Origin: a virus
Taxonomy: Duplodnaviria > Caudoviricetes
Strand: one strand, 5' to 3'
Length of the DNA: 32,025 nt
Virus record (IMG/VR): IMGVR_UViG_3300020316_000018
Span: 1 to 32,025 of that record
Shown: one piece after another, positions 1-8,543 of the stretch
Position numbering within the stretch: position 1 is the stretch's first letter
How the letters are laid out: each line of letters starts with the position of its first letter
Program-made: the position numbers and the translations under genes
The notes under the pieces: model-generated
Databases searched by the model: none
The model's input: only the letters and a program-made list of their open reading frames with translations
What the model was told of the DNA's origin: nothing

Positions 1-611
1 ACGTTACTACTAATATATTCAGAAGAGCGACCATATTTCATTTCATTTCTCATATCTTCAAGGAACATACCAAGATACTCTGGTTTAAGAACAAAAATCA
101 ATCTTTTTTCATCATTCTCTCTCACTTCATAGTCGTAGTTGCTTATAGAAACAACTGGATTTAAATCTGCTGTTGGTGTTGAAGGATTTGGAATCTTGAA
201 GTCTTGGTCAACAATTTTTCCTTTAGGTAAAATGAGTCTTCCTAAAGAATCTTTTACCTCAGTAGTCTCATAGAAACGAACATCATTCAATTTAGTTCCA
301 TACTTATTTTCGGCATACTTATAAAGTTCTGTATCGGATAATGGCCACTGATCTCTGACATTAATGATGTTGGCAGTCATCATAACAACCCAATCAAGAC
401 CAGGATCTCCATAGAGTTGCTCTGCGATGGTATCAGGTCTTTCTCCTTGCCCTATTTGATACTTGTTAAATATAGTTACCGCACTTTGAAGATCATCACG
501 TAACTTGGTTCTTCTGAATAGGTTTTTTACCAAAACATAATCATTTGAAGAGTTTCTATCTTTTGATTGTGACTGATAGAATATGTTTGGTAGTTCTCTG
601 AAATAACTCAT
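1..611 (-). CDS. gp53: Baseplate wedge subunit, T4 gp53-like (runs off the left window edge; absent from ORF track)
   Basis: Manual translation from ATG at 611: MSYFRELPNIFYQSQ...VKNLFRR...YQIGQGERPDTIAEQLYGDPGLDWVVMMTANIINVRDQWPLS. The RPDxxAxxLYG..W..N..WP pattern is typical of gp53; gene follows gp48. Confidence 0.9.
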   Translation of the reverse strand, partial: MSYFRELPNIFYQSQSKDRNSSNDYVLVKNLFRRTKLRDDLQSAVTIFNKYQIGQGERPDTIAEQLYGDPGLDWVVMMTANIINVRDQWPLSDTELYKYAENKYGTKLNDVRFYETTEVKDSLGRLILPKGKIVDQDFKIPNPSTPTADLNPVVSISNYDYEVRENDEKRLIFVLKPEYLGMFLEDMRNEMKYGRSSEYISSN

Positions 612-612
612 T

Positions 613-1638
613 TTAGTATCCTACTGAGTAATCATCACCAAGTTCATCATAATCTTCTCTATAAATTGGGTTGAGTTCTTTGAATAGTACCTCAACCTTG
701 ATGTGGGTTGGTGTCCCATCATAGAATGTTGAATATGTATTTGAACCCGTATAGTTCACAGACATATTAGTCAGTGCCATGGGTAAAAACTTATTCAGGA
801 ACGGATGAGATCCATCACCCTTCATGTAAGTTAGTTGGAAGATATGTGGGGCAGAGATGAATACTCCTTCAGCACCACCTTTACTAGGAAGCATAGACTC
901 TTTCAATAGTCTAATAATTCTTTTAACTTCAACACCCTCATCCCTATTTCTTGGGAAAAATTCAAAAGTAAACGGGAACACTCTGAGGTTGACACCGTTG
1001 AAGAGAAGTTCTAAGTTTGGTTGGAAAACTTGTCCTGTTGCTCTAGAAACAAGTTGATTAGCAGTTACATTTCCACCAAGATTTCCGATTGCTGCTCCAG
1101 ATATTGCTGCCAAAACAGCATTTTGTATTTGGGGGTTTCCTGCAGCAGCTTTAGCATCTAATCCAATCTGATTGAATATTTGTTTTACAGCATCAACTCC
1201 TCCACCAATACCTCCTTGACCAAACTCCTTAATTATAGTACCAGTTGCTGCTAGTCCATACGCTTCAATTGGATTTAGTTTACCATCTGTCCAGTCAATC
1301 GCACTAATGTCTGATAGTTGTTGTGGAATTGGTAATACGATTTGTCCTAATGGTTCTTTTAAGCTTTGTCTATTTGATCTTGTTCCTGTTCTTTTTGCTA
1401 CTTCTCTCAACCCACTTGTGCCAAATTTGATGTCTAGTTCACCTGTTTCTTCACCTTTATCATTTTTTCTTTTCGTAACATCCGTTACTAATCCAGTAAG
1501 AGGACTATCACTACCGAGTTGAAAAGGAGCTTTATACTTGGCAATCTGCAGTCTCAAATAATCCACGTCGCTTTCAATGCGACGATCTTTTGGATATCTC
1601 AAACTTGTGTAATTACTTTTACTTTTGATATCTCTCAT
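613..1638 (-). CDS. gp48: Baseplate tail-tube cap, T4 gp48-like
   Basis: Motifs LRYP, IVLPIP, PNLELLFNGVNLRVFPFTFEFFPRN, ALTNMSVNY, FKELNPIY; synteny with gp53. Confidence 0.85.
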   Translation of the reverse strand: MRDIKSKSNYTSLRYPKDRRIESDVDYLRLQIAKYKAPFQLGSDSPLTGLVTDVTKRKNDKGEETGELDIKFGTSGLREVAKRTGTRSNRQSLKEPLGQIVLPIPQQLSDISAIDWTDGKLNPIEAYGLAATGTIIKEFGQGGIGGGVDAVKQIFNQIGLDAKAAAGNPQIQNAVLAAISGAAIGNLGGNVTANQLVSRATGQVFQPNLELLFNGVNLRVFPFTFEFFPRNRDEGVEVKRIIRLLKESMLPSKGGAEGVFISAPHIFQLTYMKGDGSHPFLNKFLPMALTNMSVNYTGSNTYSTFYDGTPTHIKVEVLFKELNPIYREDYDELGDDYSVGY

Positions 1639-1646
1639 TAGATACT

Positions 1647-2183
1647 TTAATTATTTGTCAGATAGTAAGCGGTTGGAAGTCTCAAGGCATCACTTACTTC
1701 CGAGGGATAAATTTCGTAAAGACTGCTTGCAATTTCTGGATAAGTGTATTTTCTCATCATCCTCCAGTGTAAACTAAAAGCGGTGAACCCTTCAGTTCCT
1801 ACACTGGATACAAGCACCAACGGATGCTGATCATAACGAATACCAGGAGTCTTTGCGTTATATATGTATGTGTAGTATTTATCAGGTTGAGGCATACCTT
1901 CAACAGGGTCTAATGCAGTGATGAGTGCCTGCATTATATCAGTTGGATGCATTCTTCTATTTCTTCTACCTAGACTGTCAACAACTCCACGAATTCTATT
2001 GACATTTTCATCAGTATCTGTCGGTCTATCTTCTTCTTCACGGATGTCCTTCCTGACACCATCATCATAGACATTAGAACCTACTTCAATATCTGGATCA
2101 TTACTGGAAGTTACTTCACCAGTCTCATAGACGTAGAAATACTTTTTACCAAGTCGTCCACCAGATTTGATGTTCCTTGCCAT
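1647..2183 (-). CDS. Putative DNA end protector, T4 gp2-like (short form)
   Basis: KYYTYIYNAKTPGIRYDQHPLV resembles the gp2 YxxxYxAK..YDxxPL core; directly downstream of gp4 with a 1-nt overlap. Confidence 0.6.
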   Translation of the reverse strand: MARNIKSGGRLGKKYFYVYETGEVTSSNDPDIEVGSNVYDDGVRKDIREEEDRPTDTDENVNRIRGVVDSLGRRNRRMHPTDIMQALITALDPVEGMPQPDKYYTYIYNAKTPGIRYDQHPLVLVSSVGTEGFTAFSLHWRMMRKYTYPEIASSLYEIYPSEVSDALRLPTAYYLTNN

Positions 2184-2620
2184 TACTTGATACCTAGTTC
2201 TTTTTCAGTGAAGACCTTGAAGATATATCCTCTGTCTTTACACCACTCTGATGCTGCTTCCCACTTTGCTTGGTTCTTGGCATATTCATATGCCTCACGA
2301 AGATATCCTTTTGTTTGTTTTTTAGGTTTTGATGGTGGAGAACACTGTCTCTTGGGTTTGATTTCAATAATCATCTTCTTGATTCTTCCTGTAGATTCTT
2401 TTACCTTGATGTAAAAGTCTGGGAAGTAACGATGCACTCTTCCATCAACAGGTGATCTGTAGGGTAAAACTATTTCTTCACTGCCCCACTCAAGAATATT
2501 TTCATTCAAATCACAGTAAACCATGAACTTGCGCTCCCAGAGGGAACGGTATACAATGTTTGTAGGGTCTCCCTTATACTTTCTAGGATACGACGGTGAA
2601 TATTTACCCTTATATGCCAT
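2183..2620 (-). CDS. gp4: Head completion nuclease, T4 gp4-like
   Basis: KYKGDPTNIVYRSLWE, WGSEE, HRYFPDF, IEIKP, NQAKW, FKVFTEKEL motifs. Confidence 0.95.
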   Translation of the reverse strand: MAYKGKYSPSYPRKYKGDPTNIVYRSLWERKFMVYCDLNENILEWGSEEIVLPYRSPVDGRVHRYFPDFYIKVKESTGRIKKMIIEIKPKRQCSPPSKPKKQTKGYLREAYEYAKNQAKWEAASEWCKDRGYIFKVFTEKELGIK

Positions 2621-2621
2621 C

Positions 2622-2627
2622 TAAATA
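2622..2627 (+). promoter_or_regulatory. T4-type late promoter core TAAATA, rightward operon
   Basis: CTAAATA about 30 nt upstream of the GTG at 2658; matches the core of the gp55 consensus TATAAATA. Confidence 0.7.
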
Positions 2628-2649
2628 ATAATAACAGAATCATATTAGG

Positions 2650-2655
2650 TATTTA
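2650..2655 (-). promoter_or_regulatory. T4-type late promoter core TAAATA, leftward operon
   Basis: TATTTAG on + reads CTAAATA on -, about 30 nt upstream of the gp4 ATG. Confidence 0.7.
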
Positions 2656-2657
2656 GA

Positions 2658-3473
2658 GTGGTAAGACCTCGCAGAATATCAGACTTCAAACCAACCTTCA
2701 CCAATCTTGCACAGACTTCTCACTATCAAGTGTTTTTTGCTGGTCTGCCCCTCATGCTCAGACAGCATCTTAGAGTAAGAGGTCTTAACAGTAGATTTGT
2801 TTCGGAGACTGCTGGATTGCTCTGTAATAGTGCGCTGCTTCCTGGCAGTAGACTTGCCACGGCAGATATTGTTGGCAACCGCATGGGTGTTTCAGAGAAG
2901 ATGGCACACTCAAGAATCTTCACTCAAATTCAACTTGAGTTCTATGTGGATAATGAGTATAAAACTTTGAAGTTCCTTGAGCACTGGATGGAATTCATTG
3001 CTAATGGATCAACATCTAGATTAAATCGTCAATCAAGTAAAGATTATTATGTAAGAATGGAGTATCCTGATACCTATAAATGTGATGAAACTAAAATTAT
3101 CAAATTTGACAGAGATTATAATGAAGAGTTAGAATATAAATTCATTGGTCTATTTCCGATTGATTTAACATCTACTCCAGTCAGATATGAACAGTCTGAA
3201 GTCTTGAAAGCGACTGTTACCTTTAGCTTTGATAGGTATCTTATGGGTAAATACGATAGTTTCTCGGTGGCGAGAGGTAGAGAGGGTAACAAGACTGGAA
3301 ATGAAATAGAATATAATGGTCTAGACAATTTCTTCCAAGATACAAGGGATAGTGTGATTAAAGAGGAGAATCAAGATGGATCTAGTTTTATGAACGCAGA
3401 AGAATTTTTAAAGTGGAGAGGTCTCGATACAAGAACAGATTCTTTACCAAACTCAACTAGAGGATTGAGCTAA
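2658..3473 (+). CDS. Tail-tube-fold baseplate protein (gp54/gp19-like)
   Basis: LLCNSALLPG, LEFYVD..Y..LKFLEHW, EYPDTY, YKFIGLFP, ATVTFSF; position upstream of gp26. Confidence 0.75.
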   Translation: MVRPRRISDFKPTFTNLAQTSHYQVFFAGLPLMLRQHLRVRGLNSRFVSETAGLLCNSALLPGSRLATADIVGNRMGVSEKMAHSRIFTQIQLEFYVDNEYKTLKFLEHWMEFIANGSTSRLNRQSSKDYYVRMEYPDTYKCDETKIIKFDRDYNEELEYKFIGLFPIDLTSTPVRYEQSEVLKATVTFSFDRYLMGKYDSFSVARGREGNKTGNEIEYNGLDNFFQDTRDSVIKEENQDGSSFMNAEEFLKWRGLDTRTDSLPNSTRGLS

Positions 3474-3479
3474 TAAATA
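3472..3479 (+). promoter_or_regulatory. Late promoter-like AATAAATA upstream of gp26
   Basis: One mismatch to TATAAATA; overlaps the upstream stop codon; about 20 nt before ATG 3500. Confidence 0.65.
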
Positions 3480-3499
3480 AAAATACTGAATAACATATT

Positions 3500-4216
3500 A
3501 TGCCTTTACCAAGAATTTCTACCCCAACATATGAGTTGGTTTTGCCATCAACGGGGAAAAAAATTAAGTATAGACCTTTTCTAGTTCGTGAAGAAAAGGT
3601 TCTAATTATCGCCATGGAAAGTGAGGATGAACGTCAGATTGCTTCTGCAGTCAAAGACGTAATCAAGAATTGTATCTTGACTCGTGGAGTCAAGGTTGAT
3701 GATCTTGCTACATTTGATATTGAATATCTTTTCCTCAACATCAGAGGTAAGTCTGTTGGTGAGGATGTTGAAGTTCTCGTCACTTGTCCTGATGATGGAA
3801 AGACTCAAGTTCCGACTGTAATCAACCTTGATGATATCAAAGTTCAGAAAGGTGAGGGACACTCTCGTGATATTGTTTTAGATAGTGATCTCACACTTAG
3901 AATGAAATATCCATCAATGAGTGAGTTTGTCAAAAACAACTTTAGTGGTGAAGAGATTACAGTAGAAGGAACGTTTAACTTGATCTCTTCTTGTGTTGAA
4001 CAGGTTTTTAATGAAGAGGAATCTTGGTCTGCTGCTGACTGCACTCCTAAAGAGATGAATGAATTTCTTGAGCAGTTAAGTTCAAAGCAATTCAAAGAAA
4101 TTGAAAAGTTCTTTGAAACAATGCCTAAGTTATCACATACAGTAAAGGTCAAGAATCCTAATACTGATGTAGATAATGAAATCCTTCTGGAGGGACTAAA
4201 CGCTTTTTTCGCGTGA
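3500..4216 (+). CDS. gp26: Baseplate hub assembly protein, cyanophage gp26-like
   Basis: MPLP..TPTYEL.LPS...IKYRPFLVREEK, FDIEYLFLNIRGKSVGE, FFETMPKL, GLxxFF end. Confidence 0.9.
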   Translation: MPLPRISTPTYELVLPSTGKKIKYRPFLVREEKVLIIAMESEDERQIASAVKDVIKNCILTRGVKVDDLATFDIEYLFLNIRGKSVGEDVEVLVTCPDDGKTQVPTVINLDDIKVQKGEGHSRDIVLDSDLTLRMKYPSMSEFVKNNFSGEEITVEGTFNLISSCVEQVFNEEESWSAADCTPKEMNEFLEQLSSKQFKEIEKFFETMPKLSHTVKVKNPNTDVDNEILLEGLNAFFA

Positions 4217-4247
4217 GTATGGCTCATGAGGACCTTGAGTCATACTT
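4189..4247 (+). promoter_or_regulatory. Candidate -1 programmed ribosomal frameshift signal joining gp26 to gp51
   Basis: GGAGG at 4189-4193, slippery T TTT TTC at 4204-4210 in the correct phase, hairpin 4216-4226/4236-4246; gp51 lies in the -1 frame with no intervening stop. Confidence 0.65.
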
Positions 4248-4401
4248 CAAAACAAATTTTGCCTTGATTCAGCATCATAAATACTCATTAACAGAGATTG
4301 AAAACATGATACCGTGGGAAAGAGAAGTCTATCTCACATTCTTACAGCAATACATTGAAGAAGAAAATCTTAAAGCACAACAATCTAACTTAAATGGCTG
4401 A
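4213..4401 (+). CDS. gp51: Baseplate hub assembly catalyst, cyanophage gp51-like (alternative ATG 4219; may be made mainly as a frameshift extension of gp26)
   Basis: YFKTNFALIQHHKYSLTEIENMIPWEREVY is the characteristic small ORF following gp26. Confidence 0.85.
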   Translation: MSMAHEDLESYFKTNFALIQHHKYSLTEIENMIPWEREVYLTFLQQYIEEENLKAQQSNLNG

Positions 4402-5770
4402 GATTTCGTCGCCAATACTAGGAATGAGAGTTAGGAGGAATATGATTCCTGCTAACGCAATCATGGGTCGTCCTGAACAACCAGTACAAGACCCTGAAAC
4501 TGTAGCGGCGTTAAGAAGAAATCAAATGGCACTTCAAGGTGTCAACCTATCTCTCGCTAATGTCACCAACCAGATAGCAGGTTTAAATAATTCTTTTCAG
4601 GCAATATCTGCTCAGATTGAGCAGTCAAGAATACTAGAGCAAGCACAACAAAGACAGAAAGATAATCAAGAAAGAATATTAGCATCGCAGAGAATACGCG
4701 AAGGGAAAGAAGGATTAATTGAAAAAAGAATACAGTCTGCTCTTGCCGCACCATTACAAAAGATAGGTGGTAAAGCACAAAGGTCTCTGTTCAATCTTGG
4801 TAGATTCTTCCAAATCTTAATAGGTGGTGCTTTAGGTGCTCGTATATTAAAAGTAGTTGGTGATTTATCTTCTGAGGGTAAATTTTCTCTTGGAAATTTA
4901 TTTGACAGAATAAAAAAAGACCTTGCGATAGTAACAGCAATATTCATAGGTCTTAATGGTGGATTTGTACTAGCATTAAGAACATTAGGTGCTTTAACTG
5001 CTAGGTTAGGTGGTTTTGCTCTCAGAAACTTCCTACTTAGACCTATTCAAGCTGCGTTTACTCTTGCTGGTGGCATTTTATCAGGTATCGTAAATAAAAT
5101 TCGCGGTCTTCCACAAGTTCCTGGGACCACACCTGGAGGAAGACCTACATCTGGCGGAAGACCTAATCCACCTAGCGGTCAGCAAACCACTACACCTGGT
5201 GGAAGACCCACTTCACCCACTCCACCGACTAGAGGTAATATTGGTACAAGACTATTGCGTGGATTGACTGGTGGTGCAGGTATTGCTGGTCTGAATTTTC
5301 TTTTTGGAGCACCTCTAGATCAATCACTTTTAGCTGGAGGTGGTGCGACTTTAGGTGGTAAAATTGGATTTGGACTTGGAATGCTTACTGGTCCAGCATC
5401 TCCCATAATGGCTCCATTACTTGGACTTGCTGGTGGTTTTGGAGGATCCTTTTTACTTCCAGAATTATATCGCCAATCGGGGATACAAGTTCCTGGTGGA
5501 GATACCACACTTAGTGACTTGGTTGGTGGTGATCTCAGTACCTTAATTAGTGGGGCAACAAAGAGTGAAGCAGACTTAAAGCGGGATGAGCAGAGGGTGA
5601 ATAATTTGATTGTTAATGCTGGTGGTGGTCAAGGACAAGTTGAAGAAACTTCAACTTCTGGAGGATCTGGAACTGGTAACAACATAGTATTCATTCCTAG
5701 CACCAATTCTGACAACCCTTATATGATGCATTCATATATCCAGTATAATGTTGGAGGTATCGGAATCTAA
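4394..5770 (+). CDS. Tape-measure-like / inner tail protein A
   Basis: Q-rich coiled coil, hydrophobic helices, Pro-rich TPGGRPT linker and Gly-zipper segment; sits where gp29 would be expected, between gp51 and the hub gene. Confidence 0.5.
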   Translation: MAEISSPILGMRVRRNMIPANAIMGRPEQPVQDPETVAALRRNQMALQGVNLSLANVTNQIAGLNNSFQAISAQIEQSRILEQAQQRQKDNQERILASQRIREGKEGLIEKRIQSALAAPLQKIGGKAQRSLFNLGRFFQILIGGALGARILKVVGDLSSEGKFSLGNLFDRIKKDLAIVTAIFIGLNGGFVLALRTLGALTARLGGFALRNFLLRPIQAAFTLAGGILSGIVNKIRGLPQVPGTTPGGRPTSGGRPNPPSGQQTTTPGGRPTSPTPPTRGNIGTRLLRGLTGGAGIAGLNFLFGAPLDQSLLAGGGATLGGKIGFGLGMLTGPASPIMAPLLGLAGGFGGSFLLPELYRQSGIQVPGGDTTLSDLVGGDLSTLISGATKSEADLKRDEQRVNNLIVNAGGGQGQVEETSTSGGSGTGNNIVFIPSTNSDNPYMMHSYIQYNVGGIGI

Positions 5771-7188
5771 TGGCATACGCATATGGTTCGGGTAGAAGTC
5801 TTAGTGGTATAAGAGATTCCATTTCTGGATTGCAGAAGAGTATTGCTGCAACTACAAAGTCTGCGTCATCAATCTTTAGGACTTTGAGAGACAGTAATCT
5901 TCAAAAAAAGAAAGGAATCTCAAGCGATTCAAAATTCTTTAAAATGAGAAGGGACTCTGTTAGAAAAAAAGAACGAGAGGATCTCCTTGAAGCATCGTCC
6001 ACAAGTAGAATGACTATTGCTTCAAGACCCTCCAATAGTATTGTTAGGAGCACAAAGGGATTCCTTGGCAGAATCATGGATTTTGTTGGTACTCTTCTTG
6101 TTGGATGGGCAGTTGTAAATCTACCAAAAATTATTAAAACAATAGAGGATTTTTCGGGAAGACTGCAAGAATATTCGGGAGTAATTAGGGATTTCTTTGG
6201 TGGAACAATTGATTTATTCACTGCTTTTGGTGAAGGTATAGGTGGAATATTCACTAGTATTACCAATCTCAATTTTGAAACATTTAAAACTTCTATTGAG
6301 AACTCCACGGCAAAAATGAATGATGCCTTCAAAAGAATGGTCCTTTCTACAGAAAGAGGAATTCAAATGTTGGCACAGGACTCTCAAGGTCTTCTTCAGC
6401 AGATGAATATTGATTTGAAAGATTTTGATATTTCAAAATTATTTGGAGAAGAAAGTCCCTCAAATCAAGTAAATTTTGAAAATAATAACAACACCACATA
6501 TCCTGTTAATAGTAAAGGACAACCAATTACTGATCCACCAACTACAGGACCTGTAGATACTGGATATAAAGATTATAAAGGTAGACCAATTAAATTATCT
6601 GCTGCTGCCGCTGAGGCATTCAAAGCTATGGCAGAGGCAGCAGAAGCAGATGGTATTGCTAATCTTGGTTCATATATTACAAGTTCTTTGAGAGATCCAC
6701 AAAAGAATGCTGGTGTTGGTGGTGTTGAGGGATCTAATCATCTTACAGGAAATGCTTTTGATATTAATATGATGAATCCTGGTCCTGGTGACGAATGGAT
6801 TCGTGCTAACGGTTCTAAATTTGGATTCATATACAATACATATTCTCCAGATTCAACACACTTTGATTTTGATTCTTCAAAGTATCAAAAACCTCCTACG
6901 AGTCAGTCTGATAATATCACACCCCCTAAAGAACTTGATCCTCCTGGGAGAGGAAATTTATTTCAAAGATTCAATCGCAATTTTCAAACTCGTAGCAGTA
7001 TCATTAGTCAACCACAAACACAAACTGTGGCAACAAATAATATTATTATTAATGGTGCACCACAACCAGCTCAAAGATCTACTCCTATGAATCAAGGAGC
7101 GTCTTCTATTGCTTCCTTCCCAACTTCTAGGTTAAATAGTGGTATGGAAACATTTTTTAGGATGCAAGAACATACCTTATCAGCGTAA
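5770..7188 (+). CDS. Tape-measure-like protein B with M15-family (VanY-like) Zn peptidase domain; putative virion-associated peptidoglycan hydrolase
   Basis: AAEAFKAMAEAAEADG..ITSSLR..SNHLTGNAFD..WIRANGSKFGF..HFDF contains the SxHxxGxAxD motif; N-terminal coiled coil plus hydrophobic helix. Confidence 0.75.
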   Translation: MAYAYGSGRSLSGIRDSISGLQKSIAATTKSASSIFRTLRDSNLQKKKGISSDSKFFKMRRDSVRKKEREDLLEASSTSRMTIASRPSNSIVRSTKGFLGRIMDFVGTLLVGWAVVNLPKIIKTIEDFSGRLQEYSGVIRDFFGGTIDLFTAFGEGIGGIFTSITNLNFETFKTSIENSTAKMNDAFKRMVLSTERGIQMLAQDSQGLLQQMNIDLKDFDISKLFGEESPSNQVNFENNNNTTYPVNSKGQPITDPPTTGPVDTGYKDYKGRPIKLSAAAAEAFKAMAEAAEADGIANLGSYITSSLRDPQKNAGVGGVEGSNHLTGNAFDINMMNPGPGDEWIRANGSKFGFIYNTYSPDSTHFDFDSSKYQKPPTSQSDNITPPKELDPPGRGNLFQRFNRNFQTRSSIISQPQTQTVATNNIIINGAPQPAQRSTPMNQGASSIASFPTSRLNSGMETFFRMQEHTLSA

Positions 7189-8543
7189 TGGCAGGAAAAG
7201 CAGTAGAAACATCTTCATATCAAGTTTTCACGATTGAATCTTCATTCAATCCTGATAAGACTATTGATATTAGTCAAGGTGTAATTAGTTTTAATTACTA
7301 CGAAGATTTGTTTTCCCCAACGAGAACTGCCAAGTTAACTATAGTTGATGGTGGTAACGTAGTGGTTGCGGATAATAGTAAAGATGGGAAAGCAGAATCA
7401 ATTTACAGTGGTCTTCCACTCAGAGGTGGGGAAAGAGTGGCGATAAAAATTCAACCTTTTGGTAGACCAATAGGCAGTGGTGGTAATCCAGCATTAGATT
7501 TCAATAGTGCTGAAACATACTTTTATGTTTCAAAGATAACCTCTGGAGTCAAGCAGGGTAACAGAGAAATGATTACCTTAGATTTAGTTTCAAGAGAATC
7601 TATCGCAAATGAAATTTCAAGAGTTCATGAAAAATTTCCTAGAAGTTTGCCTATTCAAACGTCTGTAGGTCTTATAGTAAAGGATAAACTTGGGTCTAAA
7701 GTTATTGATTCTGATGATTCCTCTAATCAGTATGGTTTCATGGGGAATATGAAGAAACCTTTTAATATATTGGTTTGGTTGGCATCAAAAGCAGTGGATA
7801 AAAATAAAGAAGCAGGATATTTTTTCTATCAAACACAGAAGGGATTCAAATTCAAATCAGTATCATCATTAATTCAGCAGGGAATTGCTTCACCAAAATC
7901 AGAATATAGTTACAAACCTGCTGCTCCAGGACCTTTAGAATATACGGATGATTTAATACTTGGATATAGCATTACGCTTAATCATGACTTGATTTCAAAA
8001 TTAAGAAGAGGCATGTATTCTTCTTTCTTTGTAGAATTCAATCCTGCTACTGGTGGATTTTCCAGTGTTTCAAAAGGTCTTTATAGTATCCAAGAAAAAG
8101 AACCAAGAGTAAAGTTGGGTGAAGATTTTAAGATACCTCAAATCCTTGGTTCTCCAAAATTGACAAATTTGCCTAGTAGAATCATTTCCATGGTCGGTGA
8201 TGTTGGGACCATGGAAAAGGATGCTTATGTACCACAGACAGATTCTAATCTCCCGGTAGTGAATGCAAATGGTTTTGATAATCAGAGGCAATCTATTATG
8301 AGATATAACCTTTTGTTTATGCAGACGTTAGATATTCAAGTTCCGGTCAATACAAATCTTGAAGTTGGTGATGTTATTAAGTGTAACTTTCCTAAAACCT
8401 CTTCGGAAAGTAAAGAATTTGATCCTGAATTGAGTGGTCTATATATGATTAAAGAGTTGTGTCATCACTTTGACAATGAGCAATCCACAACCTCAATGAA
8501 ATTGATTAGAGATACTCACGGTTCACCAAAAAGATCAAGCTAA
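7188..8543 (+). CDS. Baseplate hub protein, gp27-like
   Basis: YYEDLFSP, LPLRGGE, GYFFYQT..GFKFKS, LEVGDVI, SGLYMIKELCHHF, LIRD; immediately upstream of gp5. Confidence 0.7.
   Translation: MAGKAVETSSYQVFTIESSFNPDKTIDISQGVISFNYYEDLFSPTRTAKLTIVDGGNVVVADNSKDGKAESIYSGLPLRGGERVAIKIQPFGRPIGSGGNPALDFNSAETYFYVSKITSGVKQGNREMITLDLVSRESIANEISRVHEKFPRSLPIQTSVGLIVKDKLGSKVIDSDDSSNQYGFMGNMKKPFNILVWLASKAVDKNKEAGYFFYQTQKGFKFKSVSSLIQQGIASPKSEYSYKPAAPGPLEYTDDLILGYSITLNHDLISKLRRGMYSSFFVEFNPATGGFSSVSKGLYSIQEKEPRVKLGEDFKIPQILGSPKLTNLPSRIISMVGDVGTMEKDAYVPQTDSNLPVVNANGFDNQRQSIMRYNLLFMQTLDIQVPVNTNLEVGDVIKCNFPKTSSESKEFDPELSGLYMIKELCHHFDNEQSTTSMKLIRDTHGSPKRSS

Noticed and set aside
4168-4179. TGTAGATAATG inside gp26, matching the end of the junction motif
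   Set aside because: Lacks the TAAATA and TCAAAAA parts and opens no meaningful ORF; probably chance.
7133-7138. TAAATA inside the end of ORF 5770
   Set aside because: A hexamer expected by chance in AT-rich coding DNA; the next gene is translationally coupled.
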